A DNA stretch of 64,000 nt from Saccostrea echinata. Lineage: Eukaryota. Positions 37,981 to 52,100 of this stretch are shown one piece after another (the first letter of the stretch is position 1; every line of letters begins with the position of its first letter). The notes under the pieces are model-generated. The model was given only the letters and a program-made list of their open reading frames with translations. It was not told where the DNA came from and did no database searches. Location of the stretch: assembly GCF_033153115.1 (NCBI RefSeq), contig NW_026889757.1, positions 11,656,001 through 11,720,000 of the forward strand, written 5' to 3'. The translations under genes were made by a program, and so were the position numbers.

Positions 37981-40114
37981 CGTAACTTTAATTCCTTGAA
38001 CCGGTCTACTGGAGAAACCAAGTTTTTACTTGAAGGGAACACTATCACAGTGGAGACATGAAAGTTTAACTAATGCATACATTTGATTTCATATGCATAG
38101 TACTCTGAAAATCAGGAACCGTTTATTAACATAATCAGATCCAGGGGTTGGTAGGAAGTCATCACTTTCTCAAAAAATATTTTTTTAACAAGAGTCTGTC
38201 ATAAAGTCATCAAATTCATTAAAAGTACACATAAGCCAAAAGTATGCTGTGAACAATTTTGTTTTATTCAACAAGAACGGTAAAATCAAAACAACTTTTG
38301 TATAGAGAACAAGTTCTAATTCATACTCTAACAAGAGGCCCATATTATGCAAAATACACTCATTAGGGAGACATGGCGACATTATAAAATGCTTCTGATA
38401 AAGAAGGTTTTAGAATGTCAGACATAATGTAGCTCTGGTTTTGGTAATCTACATTTATTCTGCTTAGAATAAGGTAAAGATCGCAAATTACTGAAAACCA
38501 ACGAAGTTTTTATGTACTAATCAAAAGTATTTATCCTGACATAACTTTAAAATCTCTAAACAGAAGCTATATACCGTTTTGTTTTTTTTTTTCCTATCAC
38601 AATTTTTGCGAAAATATGCCAAAACACTGCAATTTTAAATTTTCATAGTTCTATTTTTAAGATTGTCCACATGATTTTATAGAGTTATCTATGTGATTAA
38701 CATGGTTTATATGGTATGCTGTCGGTGACAATGTATTGCCAATTAATTATTCTGTAATCTAATAATGCTTGAAAAGAAAGCAAAAAATTGGTTTGTTAAA
38801 AAAAAAAAAACACATTACATGGTATTCAAAGACACCAAGAACACAGAAAAGTTCTGAATCTTAATTTTCTCCCTCTTTTAATGGTATAAGTTGTATTTGT
38901 ATTCAACAATCATGGTCCATAATATATGAAATTCAACAAGAAATAAAATTTATACACTTGTACACTGTACATGAAATAATACTAACATTTGCCATATAAC
39001 AGCCTCATAAATAAATATTAACAACATATATAGCCAACTTTTTAACAAGAACAGCATATTAACAGTATTTTAAGGAAGTATAGCACAACTGCAAAAAACA
39101 TTACAATAGGGGAAAACAAAAATATATTAAGGATGATGAAAGACAGGCAGTTTGCCATAAAAACTCTCCCTGTCGCATTTTGTATTAAAATTTTTTGCCT
39201 TGGAAACTACATAATGTATACAGAGGTGTTTATACCCCATTTTGTATTTTTCAGTAATTTAAATGGTTTCTGTCCATACTTTTGGGGACTCTTCATTTGT
39301 ACCTAGTAATGTTATTTTTCTAATTTTCTAATATACATTTCATTAAGTTTAGATATGATCATATGAAGGTTTATGATTGTTACTATCCATTTTGTCAGCA
39401 TGTAAACTGTATCATACATATCAGTGACAATCTAAATATAAAACAGTGTACTAGGTAATTAGGGTCTTTAAGTGCATATCTATCATTGCTGAGGTATTAA
39501 TATGAAAAAAAAAAATTGTCCCATAACCAAGAAGCCATATTCTACAGGCCAATCTCTAATCCGCATTTTGAAACAAAAATCAGGAATATGGAAGAATTTC
39601 CTTAATGTTAAACAGCTCTCTGTGTATAAACATTTTTTTTGCTTTGCTTATATAAACTTTTGGATATAACATGATTTAATCTAATAAAAAATTGCTTTTT
39701 TGGTTTAAAGTCACTGTGAAAACCTGATTGAACAACTGACATATAGTTTACCATGCAAACGGATTAATGCCTCCTTAAATATATCAATAACAGAAAAATG
39801 TGACAAGCACATCATAACAATAAATAAACAACATTAACAGCTAATCAACAACTTTGTAATAAACAAATACAATTGTTAACATACATAAAACAATAACTTG
39901 TGCATGATTTCATTCATTAGAACATTAATTTTGTCTCATGATATGTCATGCCTTAAACAATTGAAACAAGTGAAAAGATATAAGCCATGCAACAAAACCT
40001 ACCAATTATCATTAATTTTTGATAAACATTGGAACAACTACTCTGATTTAAATAAAAACAATAATGAATGCCCATGAGTTGATAAAATAAAACTCTGGTC
40101 TTTCTGCTTGATCC

Positions 40115-43100
40115 TCAGAAATTGTGTCCCCTCTGGATAAGCATCTCTCCATAAGGCTCCCTCTGGTCAACATATACATTCCCTTTGGCACATAAATCTA
40201 GGGTAAAAAAAATTATTACTTACAGATAAAACAGCATTGCTTATGATCATTTTATGTACAAGTAAAATATATACAGGTATGTCCATAACCAGGCCTTCTT
40301 TTTTTCCATAGTATGATCTTTGAGAACACATATTCATGTAACTCTAGAATATTATATAATACACAGGATTATCTACACTAGATTAATGCAGTAAATTGTA
40401 AAAACTGTTTATATCCACTGTATGACATATTTTATACTAGGACACATTCATCCCATTGATTTATTTTACGTATGTACTGGGAATTGTTCATGAAATGAGT
40501 TCATTTTTTATTTGCTAGTGAATTGCCCATTCTGTTTTGCTACTTGGTTAACTATTTTCGATTTGGTTCAGTTCCAATTATCCTTAATTACTTGCATGAT
40601 CATACTACTGGAGAACATGAAAAAAATTATATGGAGGCAAGTTATTTTGTATTGATTGATAAAATCTGCCCGAAATTTAATTATCAATTTGAAGTATGAC
40701 TGGCTACATATGAGAATTACTCTTTTGCTGAAGGTAATGGTCCCTAACAAACAGACTGACAGACAAGATAATAATTTCTCTTCATGCATACCTATTGACT
40801 TTCTTAGTAGCAAGTTTGATTAAGACTAATTTCAAGTCTCAGTGTACATCAGTTATATAAAGTAAGGGGAAAGCAATAGATTCTAGATTGAAACTAACGA
40901 AGCAAGGCGTTGAACATGGAGGCTGCTATTTTTCTGTCATAAAAGTGTGGCGGGCAAACTTCCTCAAATGTTGAGTAATCCTTCTCACTTGTGTTTGAGT
41001 TGATTAACCTATAATTGAAAAAAAAATATTTGACTCGATCAGTATGTCCAGATTAAAGAATGTCCATGCAAAATCAAGGCAATAAGAAAAAGCAATAAAA
41101 ACCAAACTCTTGTTTTAATAAAAAAAATTCTTTCTCAATACATTCTACAGTATTACCTGAGAAATCTACTTTCTACTTGTGAGAGCTTGGAGATAATTGG
41201 TAACGGTGTGTCCACCATAGGTATTTCTGACTCCTCCTGCACCACTGAGAGATTTCGACTGATCCTTGAGAATGTGTCAGACACAGAGTGCTCTGAGGGA
41301 GGGACCAGAAGCTCCTCCTCAATGGATCCCCGAGATCGGCTCCTCCTTTTTCGACTAGAAAATACATGTAATTCTTTATCTAGTTTAAACATTAAAAATC
41401 ACTTACAGGGGCAGAATATCATAAGAAAATTGTAAACAAAAACAGAATCAATTCATCAAGTAATGAATAAATCTTTAAAAACAAAAAAAAGAAGACAAAC
41501 AAGAGGCCCATGGGCCTTGAATCGCTCTTCTGATAAACTGTACAACCTATCACTTCTATTTGAAGCCTCGAAGTATCCTGTATATTTAGATAAACCCTTG
41601 AAATTCCAATTCACACTCTGAGAACCCAAGATGATTCTAAGCCAATTAGTACCTGAGAGTTGGTCATGGTGACCTACTTATCACTTGTCATTCTCTGAAG
41701 ACCCATCAACTAAGTTTGATGATTCTAAGCCAATTAATACCTAAAATATTTTTTAAAATTATAACCATAAAATTTTATAAGTAGGTCAAAGTGACCTACT
41801 TTTCAATTGTTTTACTCCAAGGACCCAAGATGCAAAAGTTTGATGATTCTAAGCCAATTAGTACCTGTAATATTTAATTAAAGCCATAAATTTTCAAAAG
41901 TAGGTCACCGTGACCTACTTTTCAGTTGCTGTACTCCGAGGACCAAAGATACATCGACTGACAAAGTTTGATGATTCTAGCCAATAAGTACCCAAAATAT
42001 TTAATTACAGCCATAAATTTTCAAAAGTAGGTCACGGTGACCTACTTTTCAGTCAACCTACTCCGAGGACCAAAGATGCATCAACTGACAAATTTTGACG
42101 ATTCTAAGCCAAATAATTCCTGAAAATATTAAATACAGCCATAAAATTTCAAAAGTAGGTCACCGTGACCTACTTTTCAGTTGTTGTACTCCGAGGACCC
42201 AAGATGCATCAACTGACAAAGTTTAATGATTCTAAGCCAATTAGTACCCGAAATATTTGACTAAAGCCATAAATTTTCATAAGTAGGTCACCGTGACCTA
42301 CTTTTCAGTTGTTGTACTCCCAGGACCCATGACGCTTAAACTGACAAAGTTTTATGATTCTAAGCCAATTAGTACCCAAAATATTTTATTAAAGCCATAA
42401 ATTTTCCGAAAGTATGTCACGGTGACCTACTTTTTAGTCGTCCTACTCCGAAGACCCATGAGGCATCAACTGACAAAGTTTGATGATTCTAAGCCAATTA
42501 GTACCCGAAATATAATTAAAGCCATAAATTTTCAAAAGTAGGTCACTGTGACCTACTTTTTAGTCGACCTACTCCGAAGACCCATGAGGCATCAACTGAC
42601 AAATTTTGATGATTCTAAGCCAATTAGTACCCGGAATATTTAATTAAAGCCATAAATTTTCAAAAGTAGGTCACGTGACCTACTTTTTAGTCAACCTACT
42701 CTGAAGACCCAAGAGGCATCAACTGACAAAGTTTGATGATTCTAAGCCAATTAGTACCCGAAATATTTAATTAATGCCATAAATTTTCAAAAGTAGGTCA
42801 CTGTGACCTACTTTTTAGTCGACCTACTCCGAAGACCCAAGATGCATCAACTGACAAAGTTTTATGATTCTAAGCCAATTAGTACCTGAAATATTTAATT
42901 ATAGTCATATAAATTGAAAAGTAGGTCACTGTGACCTACTTTTCAGTTGACCTTTTTTGAGGACCCAAGATGCATCAACTTACAAAGTTTTATGATCATA
43001 GGACTTAAAATGTCCAAATTATGCCTCTAAAGCGCTTTGAAATCGAATGCCTGCAAAGTTCAAAAAGTAGGTCACTGTGACCTACTTTTTAATAAATATG

Positions 43101-46100
43101 TTTTATGGCCCCAAGATGCATCATCTTACAAGATTTAATGATTCTAAGCCTCCCCGTATTCGAATTAATGACCTTAATTGTTTTAAAAAAGATTAGCCAT
43201 AAAATTCAAAAAGTAGGTCAAGGTGACCTACTTTTTAGTTGACGTACTTTGAGGACCCAAGATGCATCAACTGACAAAGTTTGATGATCATAGGCCTTAA
43301 ATTGTTCAAAATATGCCTCTAAATCATTTTGAAAAAGAATGGCCGCAAAATTTAAAAAGTAGGTCACCGTGACCTACTTTTGAGTCAACATGATATGAGG
43401 TCCTTAGATGCATCAACTGACAAGATTTGATGGTCCTAGTCCTTATAGTAAGCAAAATATCAACATTTTAATAAAATGTAATTTTTGGTCAACTTTGAAG
43501 TGACCTTGAGACCACGCCCTTTGCCCCAGGGTAAATCCCCGCGCAAATTTTAATCTACAACATATCCTCATCCTTTTGTGTAAGTTTGGTGATAATCTGC
43601 CCAGTGGTTCTTGAGAAGAAGATTTTTTAGCAACCAGTACTTTTGTTTCTATTTTCCTAATTATCTCCCCTTGTTAAAGGGTCACAACCCCAGTTTTAGT
43701 ATAAAAGGGAGCCCTTGGGCCAAGGATACCCTGTGACAAATTTGACAATAATTGGCCAAGGGGTTCTTGAGTTATGGCCCATATTCTAAAAAGTTTACGC
43801 ACACCGCACAAATGGCCATAGCATTAGCTCTTTGAGCCTTTGGCTCAGAAGAGCTAAAAACACATTAATTCTTCTTGAAAATAAAGGTGTGCTGACAAAT
43901 GTAGATCATTATATGTAACACAGGAGCTTGGCTGTAAATAACAGTTCGTGGGACAATTTCAAGTTAAATTTATTCTCCTAAACCAAAATATTGGTACCTG
44001 GGGTACGTTTAATAACATATTATATACATTTTATACAAATTAGTCAGAGGTACCCTCCCCACTTTTTTTTTTAAATTTTGCCAACAATTACATGTAGCTT
44101 TAGAAAATTGACCTGGCAGTGGATCTATCAGACAGCGAGTCATCCTTACTCCTGGCAGACAGATGAAGCTGGATAGGGGTTGTGTCCTGGAGACTTTTTT
44201 CCATTGATATTGAGGCATCTCGGGGGATTTCCATAGATGGCATTTCATTCTATGAAATATGCATATTAACTGCTTATCAAGTGTTAAAGAAAAATATCTC
44301 TCCAAAATGTTTAGTTAGATACAATCTCTCATTACTCGCTCCTCTCCAACTATTTACACAGTTTGAGTATGATCAACTTGAAATGATAAATTTCCATTTT
44401 TATATTATATAAAACAAGTAAATTTTCAATTTCTATGAAACACTATATTTAAAAAATTACAAGACAATTCTGACTTTTCTCTTAAAATTCAAAACAATTT
44501 GTGTTCAAGATGCAGTCTGTCACTGTTGCTTAATTGATAACAAAACTTAATAGTTTCTCAGGCCAAAAATTTTAATTCAATGTGGCAGGCAGGTCCTTTG
44601 GAAGCAGGTGGTACACCTTTTTTTTTTTTTTTTTTTTTTTTTCATGTCAGTCATTCAACAAAATGATGATATCAACAGATTCTTACTTTTCTTGTTCTCT
44701 TACATTAATTATAATATGTATTCAACTTTGAATAATGTTATTCCAAACATTAAAAGTTAATTAATAAAATACTGTATTAACAAGAAATATATTGTTTATC
44801 TAATAAAACCTCTATCTATTAGTATTCATGAAAAGGGTAATAACTCGATTTTCTTTAATAGAAAATTGAGTTATTTCCTTTCTCAATATGTCAATAAAAT
44901 TGATCTATGTGGCTGTGCCTGAGAAACTACTGATTTTTGTATTTTTGCCTTATAGGGACATTTTTACTTACTCCCATACTAATATCTGCCCTGACTTTCT
45001 CTGGAGAAACTTTGTCTAGGGGGATTTCCAGTTGTGGGGGCTGTATTTCTGTCATCTGTATATCTGGAATCTCAGGCTGCACATCTCGTCTTTCCACTTC
45101 TGGTTCAGACAGGAGAGCTCGTCTAGATCTTTTACTACGTGTAGATTCATCTCCTAAACATAAGCCTTAAAATTTCCAGGATGGACACTATATTTGGGAT
45201 GGACTGACAGGCATGGACAACCTGCTCTCCCTCCCATCCCATTTCACTAGCAGCATGGGCAAGGGGCACAAAACTAATTTTGCTTAGTCTTGAAGTATTG
45301 TATTTTATTTATATACAATTAAGTTACAGACTACTATCATTTTAAATCAAATTCTTATTCAAGTTTTCCTTATACAGATTGTATCTAACTCAAACTCACT
45401 GAATATACTAGGCACAGTCCAGAAAGGAGTCTCAATATCAGACTCGGTCTCCAACACCCCTGGCCTGAGATTACATCGCCACAAGTCGATAAGGGGAGAC
45501 AATCTAAGGCACTTGCTACCTGGCTGATTGAAAAGAGTGGCACAGTCTGATCGCCCAATGACAGGGACACTCTGGGATAAGAAAAGGTATTTAAAAATAA
45601 GGTTAATTCAGCAATAGAAATATGATTTTCTTAAAACTCATTTATCTTTATAACTGTCCTAAAAGGGATGCTATGGATTACAATTAAATTAAAGAATCTT
45701 GTTAAAAATCACTTTTCCACAGCTATAACTTAAAGACTGCAAAATTTAACTCTTTATTTTTTCAGAATTACATGTACTATAAATTCAAAATACTCTGTAT
45801 CACTCCACATTACAGAAATTTAGTAAAATCAGAAGAGACTTAAAACTTACAAATGGTTTACACAGATCACTCCCTGTCTGGAGATTTTTCTTCATCTCAG
45901 TTTTGGGAATCATCATGTTCTCATCTACTATTAAGTGACGTCGTCTCCTTTTCACCGTCCTCGGACTTGGAGGCAAGGGGGCTAACTCTAGTGACATGTC
46001 AATCCGTCTCTGCATTAAATATAATTGCAGTGTTTTGCTTTTAATTATTGATGTTTTTGCTAAACAATTGTGAGAAAAATTTCTAACAATCTTTGCATTG

Positions 46101-49100
46101 TTGTTAGAGATTACTTCCATTCAAGGATATGATTCCAATGAATTGACCTTCCCCAGTACCTTTTCTACAATATCTCAACACAGTCTGCTCAAAAGTAATT
46201 ATGCAGGAAGCATGTACAGACCCTTTTTTTTTTCCCCAATTTTCCCTTTATTGACTGTAATTTATTATTCGACTAATAAACAAATAAATGATTAATTCAC
46301 ACAAAAGTTAGCACAAAAGTAAGGATCTACAAGAAAGAAAAACAATGATGTACTATATAACAGTTCTAAGTGAATTTCTAGTGATGAAACTATATGCCCC
46401 TCACCCCCACCCCCAAAATATATACAACACAGTGTAATAGCTACAAATTGTACTTTTCTTGAGCTCCGATAAGGTTCCTCCTCAGGTGGGGGCATTAGAG
46501 TGACCTCTGGCTGTGACCTTGGTCGAAGTTCACGAATAGCTGGAGGGGCTTCAGGGAGAAGCTCCTCAGCCTGTCCTCGGGGTGTCTTTTCTTTGGGTGA
46601 CATAATTTGTTCTTCAAGTTCTTTTGCCTCTTTGGTTGTCTTTTGAGGGGAAGAGAGACTGATTAATGCTTCTGATGCCTTTACAGAGCTACAAAATATT
46701 AAGCATTGATAACATGGATGAAGATTGTAGTGGCAAGTCCTAAATTACCACACAGGGAGTTTCTTTAGTGGGTGTAAGATTTGGCATTTTCCTTGCTCAC
46801 AGATATATAGTGATAATTTTGGCAGAACTTAATTTAGCCGACATGGAGTTGAATGACATTGCAGAGGGAGGAACTTTATCCCACAGACAAGTTTTCTTTA
46901 CGTTTTATGTGTCAGAATCATGATTTATGCAGTTGGAATTTATATTTAAGTAAAACCAAAAGGAAGATATGATGTATAACAATTAACACTGATCAAAGTT
47001 ATATTTCTTGTTCTCTGTACATATACACAAGGGTGCATATTTAGCAATAAATTTTTTTGTGTTTACATCCAAATTGCTAAAATAATTAAGCCAAAATTAT
47101 CACCCCACTAATCTAGATGTTGTTGACACGGTGACCAATCAAAGGGCTCCACTTTAGCAAAGGACATTAGGATGAAAGACCCTTTATCCAAGGGCATTCT
47201 TTGGGTGAAGTTTGAGCCAAAAACCTTAAGCTCAATGTCCATGAATAAACAAACTTTTCAAAGGTATACATGTACACTATAAAACAATTTTCAATATACA
47301 CATGTAATCATTGTGAAATTCATGCTCCTAAATTGGTTAAGGTGTGCTGCCTTTGTGTAACCAAAGGAGCATAAATTTCCCAATTCAATGGTTCATTTTA
47401 ATCATGCAAATAGTTTTCATATGACATATTTTCTCTCTGAGTTATTTCCCTTGGCCGCCATCTTGGTGGTCAACATGTTGATTTTTCCTCTTTGTCTTAC
47501 CAAATTTAAGAGGGTGTAGCAGAAAAATTTAGGGAAAAATCTTTATAAAACAAAAATTATGAAATAAAGAAGGCTTTTATAACAATTAAGTGTATATTTT
47601 TCATAAAAACAATGCTTCCTACCTCACAATGGCCAGTATAAAATGTAAAAGTTGGTTGAATAATATACTGAAGGAATATGAGCATGTTGACCTCTGATAT
47701 GGCAGTCAACGGGAAATAACTCTTGCTAATTCAGGCCTACTGAAATTCTGTCTATTAATATAAAAAAAAAGGAGTAAAGAAAATTTTTCCAAGATTTCAA
47801 AACAGGACCAACTTAGCCCCATAAATTTATATTAATTACTGTGGTCTATACTATGGACATGCACAAATTTCTTAATTTTGATAGAGGGCTAATCATGCAA
47901 ACAGCATGCCTGTTAGATACCAATGAGTAGAGAAGAAAAATTTTGTAACTGTATTTTGTAACTGTATTTTCCATATACAGCATGACCAAATTATCCTGAG
48001 CCTAGATAGGAATATATCTCATACCATCCTGACTTCTTAAGAGTACGGTACTTCACATGATAAACTGTCAATTACCTCTCCCCCAGAGGAATAGCAACAT
48101 CAGGTTGATGTGAAGTGTCAACAGGATGGAGAGTGTCCATTCTGGCTGACTCATTTAGCAGGGCTTGAATGTTCTGCTCATCAAGAGGAGGCAATTCTGT
48201 CTGCTCAGCAATCTGAAATAAAATTCATATAGTGTATCAACTTTCCTTTAAACAATTATTATAACAATGCTTTATTGTATATCATCAAAGCTTTTAAAAC
48301 AAATTTCATATTTGTTAATTTTTTCCCATGGTACATCAATTGCCCATACTGGAATAAATAAAGGGCTACCAAAACTGGAATGAAAATTTATGCCAAATTT
48401 TGATTCATAAATGTAATCCATTTATATAATTCTCCTCACTCAGTACCTCACCCTGTCCAATCTCTCCAACTCTGTCCAATGCACTTACCTTTGGAAGATT
48501 AGGTATATCAATCTCCTTCAGAGTAATTTGGTCCAGACTTGATACAGTGTGTGGAGAACCTAGAGCTATAAAGAACTATTTCTATTAGCTTTATTCTCTC
48601 TCCATGAATATTCATACATTTGTGATGGATATAAATTCCAACTGCAACAAAGTGCAACTTTGCATAGACCTATGAAATTTTTCCATATTTTTTTTTCTTT
48701 TCATACTTTGCAAGATGAAAATTAATTGTTCAAATATTTCTACGTAAACCCAGAATTTTGTCTGGGATATCCTTGCTATTTTATAGAAGACTTGTAATCT
48801 TTTTTTTTTAATTTAAATTCTCTATTCAGGGGTTGGTCCTCTCACCTGATTTTAGGAAGCTCTGTTCTGACTCAATTTGAATTGAGGAGGATGCTTCTGA
48901 ACCTCTGTGGCGCCGAAGGCGTTCCATGCTGGAGTCACTGCCAGGGGAAGATAACTCTGTCAACAATTTCTGCACATCTTCATAGTCCTGGGAAGATCCA
49001 TCAAAATAAACATCTAGACTATAACATCAGATTTCAAGAATTTCTACCTCAGTTGTTGAGCTTTACATGTACGACTTTTATGTACAAATAATATAGAAAT

Positions 49101-52100
49101 TGCTCAAGTTTTCTTTTATACTTTATTATAAAATAACAAATCATTTTGACTTGTTTATCATATGAAATAACTAAATGCTCAATGAAAAAAAGGAAATAAA
49201 TAAGCTTACCAATAAAATTGGTTGATGTTAAATTATAAGAAACTGAAATGAAACAAAACATAAATAGCTAACCAAAACCTCACAAGAAAAATAAATCTTT
49301 TAAAAATTAAATCAAAGAATACAAGAGGCCCAAGGACCTTAACAGTCATCTGAGTACAATATAACCCTTTAAAAGATCCTTGGAAAGGTATAATAGCACA
49401 AAATAAACTGAAAGAAAAGGCTGATCAGATCTCAACAAAATAGTTTTTCTGGTAACCAGCAACAACTCGGGAACATCATATATGCTAACTACATCCTCAT
49501 CAGATCATCACTGACACCAAATTTTACAATAGTGCTTTAGAATAAAACACAATGTTCTCAGAGTACCTAGTCAACAATAGCCTCTCTTGGTCTTTGAATT
49601 ATATTTATACAGATATTTTTGTCCCATTTTTATTCATTTATTAAATAAAAATCTACCTGACTATTAAAAATATGAAAGTACTTTTTATATCATACATTAT
49701 TCTAGTATAATTCTTTTATTCACTTACCTATCAATTACATTATTTACATAAATTATAATTATCTTTAAGCAAATAAAGAGGGGAATAACTTTTCTTAAAG
49801 TAGAAAAAATATTCCCATACATGATCATGATAGAGCCCCATCTTAAGTCCTGGACGCCTGTCTCAAGGGCCATGAAATTCACAATTTTGAAAAAAAAAAG
49901 GTGCTCTCTTTCATTATAACCAATTAACCATGCACAAAGTTTTCTTGCTAAATATTCAAGAGCAGAGGAGAAGATTTTCAAAGAATTAATGCATTTTCAC
50001 TATAGGATCAAAAGAGCCCATCCTAACTCCAGAACCCCTGACCCAGGGGCCATGAATTTCACTATTTGGAAGAGGCACTCTTAATCATCATATCTACACT
50101 TAGTTTGTCTGCTAAATACCCAGGAGCCATGCAACTCACACTGGAAGAGGCACCCTTGCTTATCAAAACTATACACTTAGTTTCTTTGCTTTATAACCAG
50201 GAGCAGAAAGAGGATTTTCAAAAATGCTTTTTCACTATATAATCAAGAGTCCCCCCCCTTCCCCAGAACCCCCAATTCCTGGGGCCATGAATTTTGCAAA
50301 GATTTTGGAAGAGGCATCCTTGTTAATCATAACCATGCACTTAGTTTATTTAAATAATACCCAGGAGCAGAAAAGAAGATTTTCAAATGATTAGTGCATT
50401 TTCACTATAAAATCAATAGAGCCTTGCCCTAACAACAGAACCCCTGACCCAGGGGCCATGAAATTCACAATTTTGGAGGAGGCACCCTTACTCATCATAA
50501 CTATGTTCCTTGTTAGTTTAATACCCAGGAGCAGAGAAGAGAATTTTCAAAGAATTAATGCATTTTTACTATCTAATCAATGAAGCCCCACCCTAACACC
50601 AGAACCCCTGGCCGAGGGACTATGAATTTCATAATTCTGGAATAAGCACTTACGTTAATTATAACCATGCACTTAGTTTGTCAACTAAGTACTCAGAAGC
50701 AGAGAAGATTTTTCCAGGAATTAATGCAAATTCATTCTATATAATCAATAAAGCCCTGCCCTAACTTTAGAATCCCTGACCCCTGGGTTATGAATTTCGC
50801 AATTTTGGAAGCACTCTTGCTCATCATTACCATGCATTTAGTTTGTATTCTAAATACCAAGTAGCAGAGAAGATTTTCAAAGATTTATATGCATTTTCAC
50901 TATAGGATCAAATTACAACCATGTCCTAATACCAGAAGTCCCAACTCACTGGCCATGAATTTCACAATTTGGAAGAGGCACTCTTGCTCATCATATCTAT
51001 GCACTTGGTCTGCTAAGTATTCAGGGGGAGAGTAGAAAAATTTTGAAGAATTTATGCATTTCACCATATCATCAATAGAGCCCCACTTTAACACCAGAAT
51101 CCCTGACCCTGAGGGCATGTATTTCACATTTTTGGTTACTACAATCAGCTCAAAATTGGACTGCTTGATGTCCAGGAGTAGAGAAGAAGATTTTCAAAAA
51201 TTGCATTAATTTTGATTGTTTTAGTCCTTCCGCTCAGGCACCAAGGGTTGGATTGGGAGGGATGGGCTTGGTGCAGGGACCAAGAAATTCACAATTTTTG
51301 TTCCCCGTTACCCATAGATGCTATATGACAAAATTGGTTGAAACTGGTTCAGCAGTTCCAGGGAAGAAGCTAAAAATGTTGAAATATTAACACATGACGA
51401 CAGTCGAAAACAGATAGCAACAAGTAGTGACTCAGGTGTCAAACCTAAAAATGCAAATCTGCACATAACCAAAGTAGAAGCTTCATCATAACACTATGCA
51501 CAAAAGATAAACAAATTTAAGAATTTTATTGATCTTTAAACCCATGTTTCTTTAATATGAAACACATATCAAAAGTCCTTGTGTTTTCATGCAGTATCTT
51601 CCCTAAAAACAGGCCAAACTGACTGCTTCAATTGATAAAAATGCCACGACAAAATCAAAAAAAAAAAAAAAAATTGTTATAGGGTCAACAGAAATGTTAT
51701 ACATTAACATGAACCTAATAGCCTGTTACAATTGATCTCCAACCATTTACTTTGAAATAAAGACAAAACACTGTGCATGGACATAAACATTCAATACCTC
51801 ATGATAATCTGTAATTTTGCCAAAGTATGGGTCGTAGAAGGGTTGTTTTTCTGTTGTCAATTCTACAATGTCTTGCATTGTTACATGATCTGGTCTAAAA
51901 TACATGAATATGGTAGATTACTAATTTTAATACATTGTACTTTAAAAAATTAAAAAATCAAGTAGTGTCATAAAAATGTGAATGCCATACATATCCCTTC
52001 TTGAATGGATTAACTTTTAATTTTTTTTTTTTTTTTGAAAAAGTAAAATAATTCTACTTGTTATTAGTTCAAGGAAATTTATTTAACCATTTACCTGCAT

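Noticed and set aside
41650-43440. Regularly spaced palindromic repeats superficially like a CRISPR array
   Set aside because: The sequences between palindromes are homologous to each other (tandem satellite), the context is a eukaryotic intron, and there are no cas genes.
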